64,000 bases of DNA from the NCBI GenBank assembly GCA_963707505.1, contig CAVPQB010000006.1:672001-736000 (forward strand). Reading direction: 5' to 3'. A model generated the notes under the pieces. That model saw nothing but the letters and a program-made list of their open reading frames with translations. It had not been told where the DNA came from and searched no databases. How positions within the stretch are numbered: position 1 is the stretch's first letter; each line of letters begins with the position of its first letter. Origin of the DNA: an uncultured Gemmatimonadales bacterium (GTDB lineage Bacteria; Gemmatimonadota; Gemmatimonadetes; Gemmatimonadales; Gemmatimonadaceae). The translations under genes and the position numbers were made by a program. Shown here piece by piece: positions 60,852 to 64,000 of the stretch.

Positions 60852-62849
60852 TCACGGTTTTCTTCGCGCCTTCACATCGCTCGCCGTAATCCTCTTGCTG
60901 TTGTTTCCCCACGATGATCGTTCGTGGTTGATGATGTCTGCGATCTGTGTGTTGTTCAACAGCCCGCTGAATGGAGGCATCGCGCCTGGATAGACTGTAC
61001 CGCCGATGTTCTGCCCCTGAAGTCCGTGCAACACCACATCGATTTGCTTGGCGGGATCAGCGTCCAGCACGACGAGATTTCCCTTGAGCGGCGGGTATGC
61101 ACCCGTTATCCCCATGCCGGTAGTCTGATGGCACGCGGAGCACGTGGTTGCGAAAGCCGCGGCGCCTCGCGCTGGATCGTAACTATACGGGCCCGGCGGC
61201 TCTGGAGGCGCCGAGCTCGCGACGGCGGTCGTTGTGTCGAGTGCCGGCGTTGCGGCGACGGGAGCCGCGACTCTCGACGAGCCGACCGGGCGAACGTCGA
61301 TAACGCCGAGTGCACCGACCATGAGGTGCGCCATGTCGTGATCAACGAAGGCGTACTTGCCCGGCTTGGGAATCACCACATCGAATACGGCCCCCGCACC
61401 GGGCCCGACGGTGTACGTGGATACGCCACTCAGTGCATGCGACGCATCCCCATCGGGATAGACCTTGTCGAACATGGAACCGATGACGTGAAACGAAGTC
61501 CACAGGTTCGGGCCGCCGTCGATAAGGTAGATGCGAATGCGATCGCCCGCGATGGCGACAAGTGGACGGTCACGGTACTGGAACGCGACGCCGTTGAAGA
61601 CCACTTCGTCGGGGCGCTCGGCCAGCATCCGGTCGTAGTTCGCGGTCATGAGATGTCCGGACGCCTGCTGTGTGTACCACTCGCTCTGCAGGATCACGAA
61701 ACTCTCGTCCGCTGGTGGAAGCGGGGTCGCCGGATCCACGATCAGTGCACCATACATTCCGTTCCCGACATGCAACAGAATGGGCTGCGTCTCGCAGTGG
61801 TAGATGAACGCGCCAGGCACGTTCGCAACAAACGAAAACTTGAGCGACTTGTTTGGCTCGACGTCGATGTAATTCAGATTCGGTTCTGTCTCGGCGGCAT
61901 GAAAGTCGATGGAATGCTTCATGTTGCCGTGATTGGTAAGCGTCACGTTTACCGTCTGTCCCTGGCGCACGTGAATGATCGGACCGGGGACGGTGCCGTT
62001 ATACGTCCACGCCTGATACTCGACGCCGTTCGCGATGGTAACCGATTCATCCGTGACGACAAGATGCAGATCGACGCTGTTGCCGGTACCGAGAAGCGGC
62101 GGCAGGTGTGCATCGCGAGCCTTCGCGATCGGTTCCTGCAAGGCAAGCGAGAGAGGTGACACTGCGGCAGCGGCTGCGCCAGGCGATGGCGACCTCACGT
62201 TGAACGCGCTGTGCAGGCCGCCGATCAGCATCACGAGCAGAGCCAGAACGCCGAGCATCGCAAAGATCTGGATGCGCCATGGAAGGCGCTCGGGTTCGGA
62301 CGCGAGCGTATCCGCCGTGCCCCACTCCGCGAACCGGCGCCAGCGCGGCCACCGATTCTCGATGTGATAGTCCAGACTGTAAGGGCTGCGTCCGCCGCGG
62401 CTGTTGATGGCGATGAGTGCGACGAAGATCAGCACGTAACTGATCGCAGTGCCCATGTTCGTCGCACCGACCGTGTACGGTCCACCGAACCCCTCAGCGG
62501 TGCTCCAGATCAGTAGACTGAACAGCCCGCCCACGATGTAAAGGATCTTTCGCGCGAAGCCCGTGAGCAACGCCACGGCGATCGCGGTTTCAATGATGCG
62601 CGTGAGCCATGTGAAGAGGAGGGCGTGCGGTGTGACCAGCGCGATCCACATCGAGAACCAGCCGGCCAGCCAGGCGGGCTGTCCCTGTGCGGCATTGTGC
62701 AGATAGCCCACATAATGAACCGCGAAATCCGGTGACCACGTCAGCGCTGCACCAACCGCCCATACGACGCCGAAGGCTACACGCAGCCCTGCGGCTGCTA
62801 CTGCCGGCCAGGTCCTGTGCGTGTGTACGTCAATTTGCGTTTGTGACAT
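60852..62849 (-). CDS. nirK: Copper nitrite reductase fused to N-terminal DoxX/DoxD-like membrane domain and C-terminal cytochrome c
   Basis: HSIDFH, YHC-x7-H-x4-M, SFHVIG, FVDH give the T1/T2 Cu ligands and catalytic Asp/His; CSACH...GAMP haem motif; LRVAFG..W, E...LLTG..R and YSLD DoxX-type motifs. Confidence 0.85.
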   Translation of the reverse strand: MSQTQIDVHTHRTWPAVAAAGLRVAFGVVWAVGAALTWSPDFAVHYVGYLHNAAQGQPAWLAGWFSMWIALVTPHALLFTWLTRIIETAIAVALLTGFARKILYIVGGLFSLLIWSTAEGFGGPYTVGATNMGTAISYVLIFVALIAINSRGGRSPYSLDYHIENRWPRWRRFAEWGTADTLASEPERLPWRIQIFAMLGVLALLVMLIGGLHSAFNVRSPSPGAAAAAVSPLSLALQEPIAKARDAHLPPLLGTGNSVDLHLVVTDESVTIANGVEYQAWTYNGTVPGPIIHVRQGQTVNVTLTNHGNMKHSIDFHAAETEPNLNYIDVEPNKSLKFSFVANVPGAFIYHCETQPILLHVGNGMYGALIVDPATPLPPADESFVILQSEWYTQQASGHLMTANYDRMLAERPDEVVFNGVAFQYRDRPLVAIAGDRIRIYLIDGGPNLWTSFHVIGSMFDKVYPDGDASHALSGVSTYTVGPGAGAVFDVVIPKPGKYAFVDHDMAHLMVGALGVIDVRPVGSSRVAAPVAATPALDTTTAVASSAPPEPPGPYSYDPARGAAAFATTCSACHQTTGMGITGAYPPLKGNLVVLDADPAKQIDVVLHGLQGQNIGGTVYPGAMPPFSGLLNNTQIADIINHERSSWGNNSKRITASDVKARRKP

Positions 62850-62857
62850 CTGTCACA
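62842..62857. promoter_or_regulatory. TGTGA-N6-TCACA palindrome over the nirK start codon (CRP/FNR-family or Rex-like site)
   Basis: TGTGACATCTGTCACA. Confidence 0.55.
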
Positions 62858-63013
62858 CACTCCGTGATACTCGGGCCGCCAACAGGGTCGCCGGTCCCGG
62901 TAACCGATGCGCGCGATCGTATGTGATCAAAGTACAGATAATCCTGCAGCTTCGTTGCAGCTGGAGCGGCTGGCGCATTGCGCGCACCGAAGCCCGCTCG
63001 CCATCCCTTCGTA

Positions 63014-63042
63014 TTGACCCACTCTCCCGGCGCGTCCATAAT
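63014..63042 (+). promoter_or_regulatory. Sigma70-type promoter of the S10 peptidase gene
   Basis: TTGACC-N17-CATAAT, then GAGG RBS and ATG at 63076. Confidence 0.7.
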
Positions 63043-63075
63043 TGGCCTCGTTCATCACCAACGAGGAAGCAAGGC

Positions 63076-64000
63076 ATGAGTGCAACACGAATGGCGATCG
63101 GCGCCCTGGCGGCTCTGCTCGTCACGGTACCGGCAGGCGCACAGCAGCGGGGACGGGGACGTCCCGGCAACTCGACGACGACGGATACAACGACGTCGGA
63201 CACGACAATCTCCCAGACTACGCCTCGGGGCGTGGTCCAGTCCGCGCAGACGATTACGCGGACCACGACAGCCATGCCCTACAAGCCGATGCCGCCGATT
63301 GACACTACCGTTGTCACCCAGCACACGGCGACCATCGGGGGTCAGCAGATCCACTATACGGCGACCACCGGCACCTATGTGGTTCGCGACGATTCCGGCG
63401 CCCCGAAGGCGACCTTCTTCTTTGTGGCGTACACGAAGAATGGCGTGCCGGACGTCGCGCGTCGTCCGATCGCTTTCGTATATAACGGCGGACCCGGCTC
63501 GGCGTCGCTGTTCACGCACATGGGGATGGGACCGAAGAAGGTGGTGTTGACGCCCGATGGACACGGCATGCCGGCGCCGTACCGCATCACCGATAACTCG
63601 GACTCGTTTCTCGACACGACCGATCTCGTGTTCGTCGATGCGATCTCGACGGGGTACAGCCGCCCCGCACCGGGCCAGAAGCCGGCGCAATTCTACGGTG
63701 TCGTCGAGGATGCGACGTGGTTCTCAGACTTCATCTATCAGTACGTAACGCGCAACGAGCGGTGGAATTCGCCCAAGTTCCTGATTGGCGAGAGTTACGG
63801 CACCACGCGCTCTGCCGAGCTGTCGGGCGTGCTGTTGAAGCGTCACGAGATGTACCTGAATGGAATCGTGCTGCTCTCATCGGTCGCGTTCGCGCAGTGG
63901 GGCGATGACGACCGTACCGAATTCTTCCTGCCGGGCTACGTCACCACGGCATGGTATCACCACCTTTTGGCGCCGGATCTTCAGCAGCAATCGCTCGAGC
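63076..64000 (+). CDS. S10 family serine carboxypeptidase (3' truncated by window edge; absent from ORF track)
   Basis: My translation: signal peptide, Thr-rich linker, YNGGPGSAS, DLVFVD..STGYS, IGESYG. Confidence 0.9.
   Translation, partial: MSATRMAIGALAALLVTVPAGAQQRGRGRPGNSTTTDTTTSDTTISQTTPRGVVQSAQTITRTTTAMPYKPMPPIDTTVVTQHTATIGGQQIHYTATTGTYVVRDDSGAPKATFFFVAYTKNGVPDVARRPIAFVYNGGPGSASLFTHMGMGPKKVVLTPDGHGMPAPYRITDNSDSFLDTTDLVFVDAISTGYSRPAPGQKPAQFYGVVEDATWFSDFIYQYVTRNERWNSPKFLIGESYGTTRSAELSGVLLKRHEMYLNGIVLLSSVAFAQWGDDDRTEFFLPGYVTTAWYHHLLAPDLQQQSLE

Noticed and set aside
62918..62936. Possible FNR box upstream of nirK (ATCAA half-site)
   Set aside because: Only one half-site matches TTGAT-N4-ATCAA.
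1..64000. rRNA, tRNA, CRISPR arrays, transposases, integrases
   Set aside because: None recognised by eye; repeats found are pairs or short tandems, not repeat-spacer arrays. Infernal/tRNAscan were not run.

Overview
GC-rich bacterial chromosomal window. The gene mix (SusC/SusD pair, PadR+ADOP permease, membrane Ser/Thr kinase-TPR, many secreted lipoproteins and peptidases) suggests Gemmatimonadota, but this is inference. I found no rRNA, tRNA, CRISPR array or transposase. Several long genes are broken by single-base frameshifts, probably sequencing errors. Content in order: esterase; a four-gene minus-strand module (small secreted Cys-loop peptide, AraC, TPR protein, AraC); TonB receptor and MBL hydrolase; amidohydrolase, S9 peptidase and SusC/SusD; an accessory stretch of about 15 kb (Cys/poly-Pro uORF, beta-barrels, GDCCVxC protein, Rox-like monooxygenase behind an RAE-like palindrome, cyclophilin, zincin); TetR-TolC-MFP-RND-CDF; tandem cupredoxin; L,D-transpeptidase; TonB receptor; CocE hydrolase; kinase; PadR-ADOP between two inverted 96-bp hairpin elements; M28 peptidase, bcp, ChaN; a padR relic; a DoxX/DoxD-NirK-cytochrome c fusion; S10 peptidase. 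Best candidates for new biology: (1) an RAE-like palindrome ahead of a Rox-like gene in an apparently non-actinobacterial genome, (2) the peptide/TPR/double-AraC putative signalling module, (3) the membrane DoxD-NirK-cyt c fusion between duplicated promoters.
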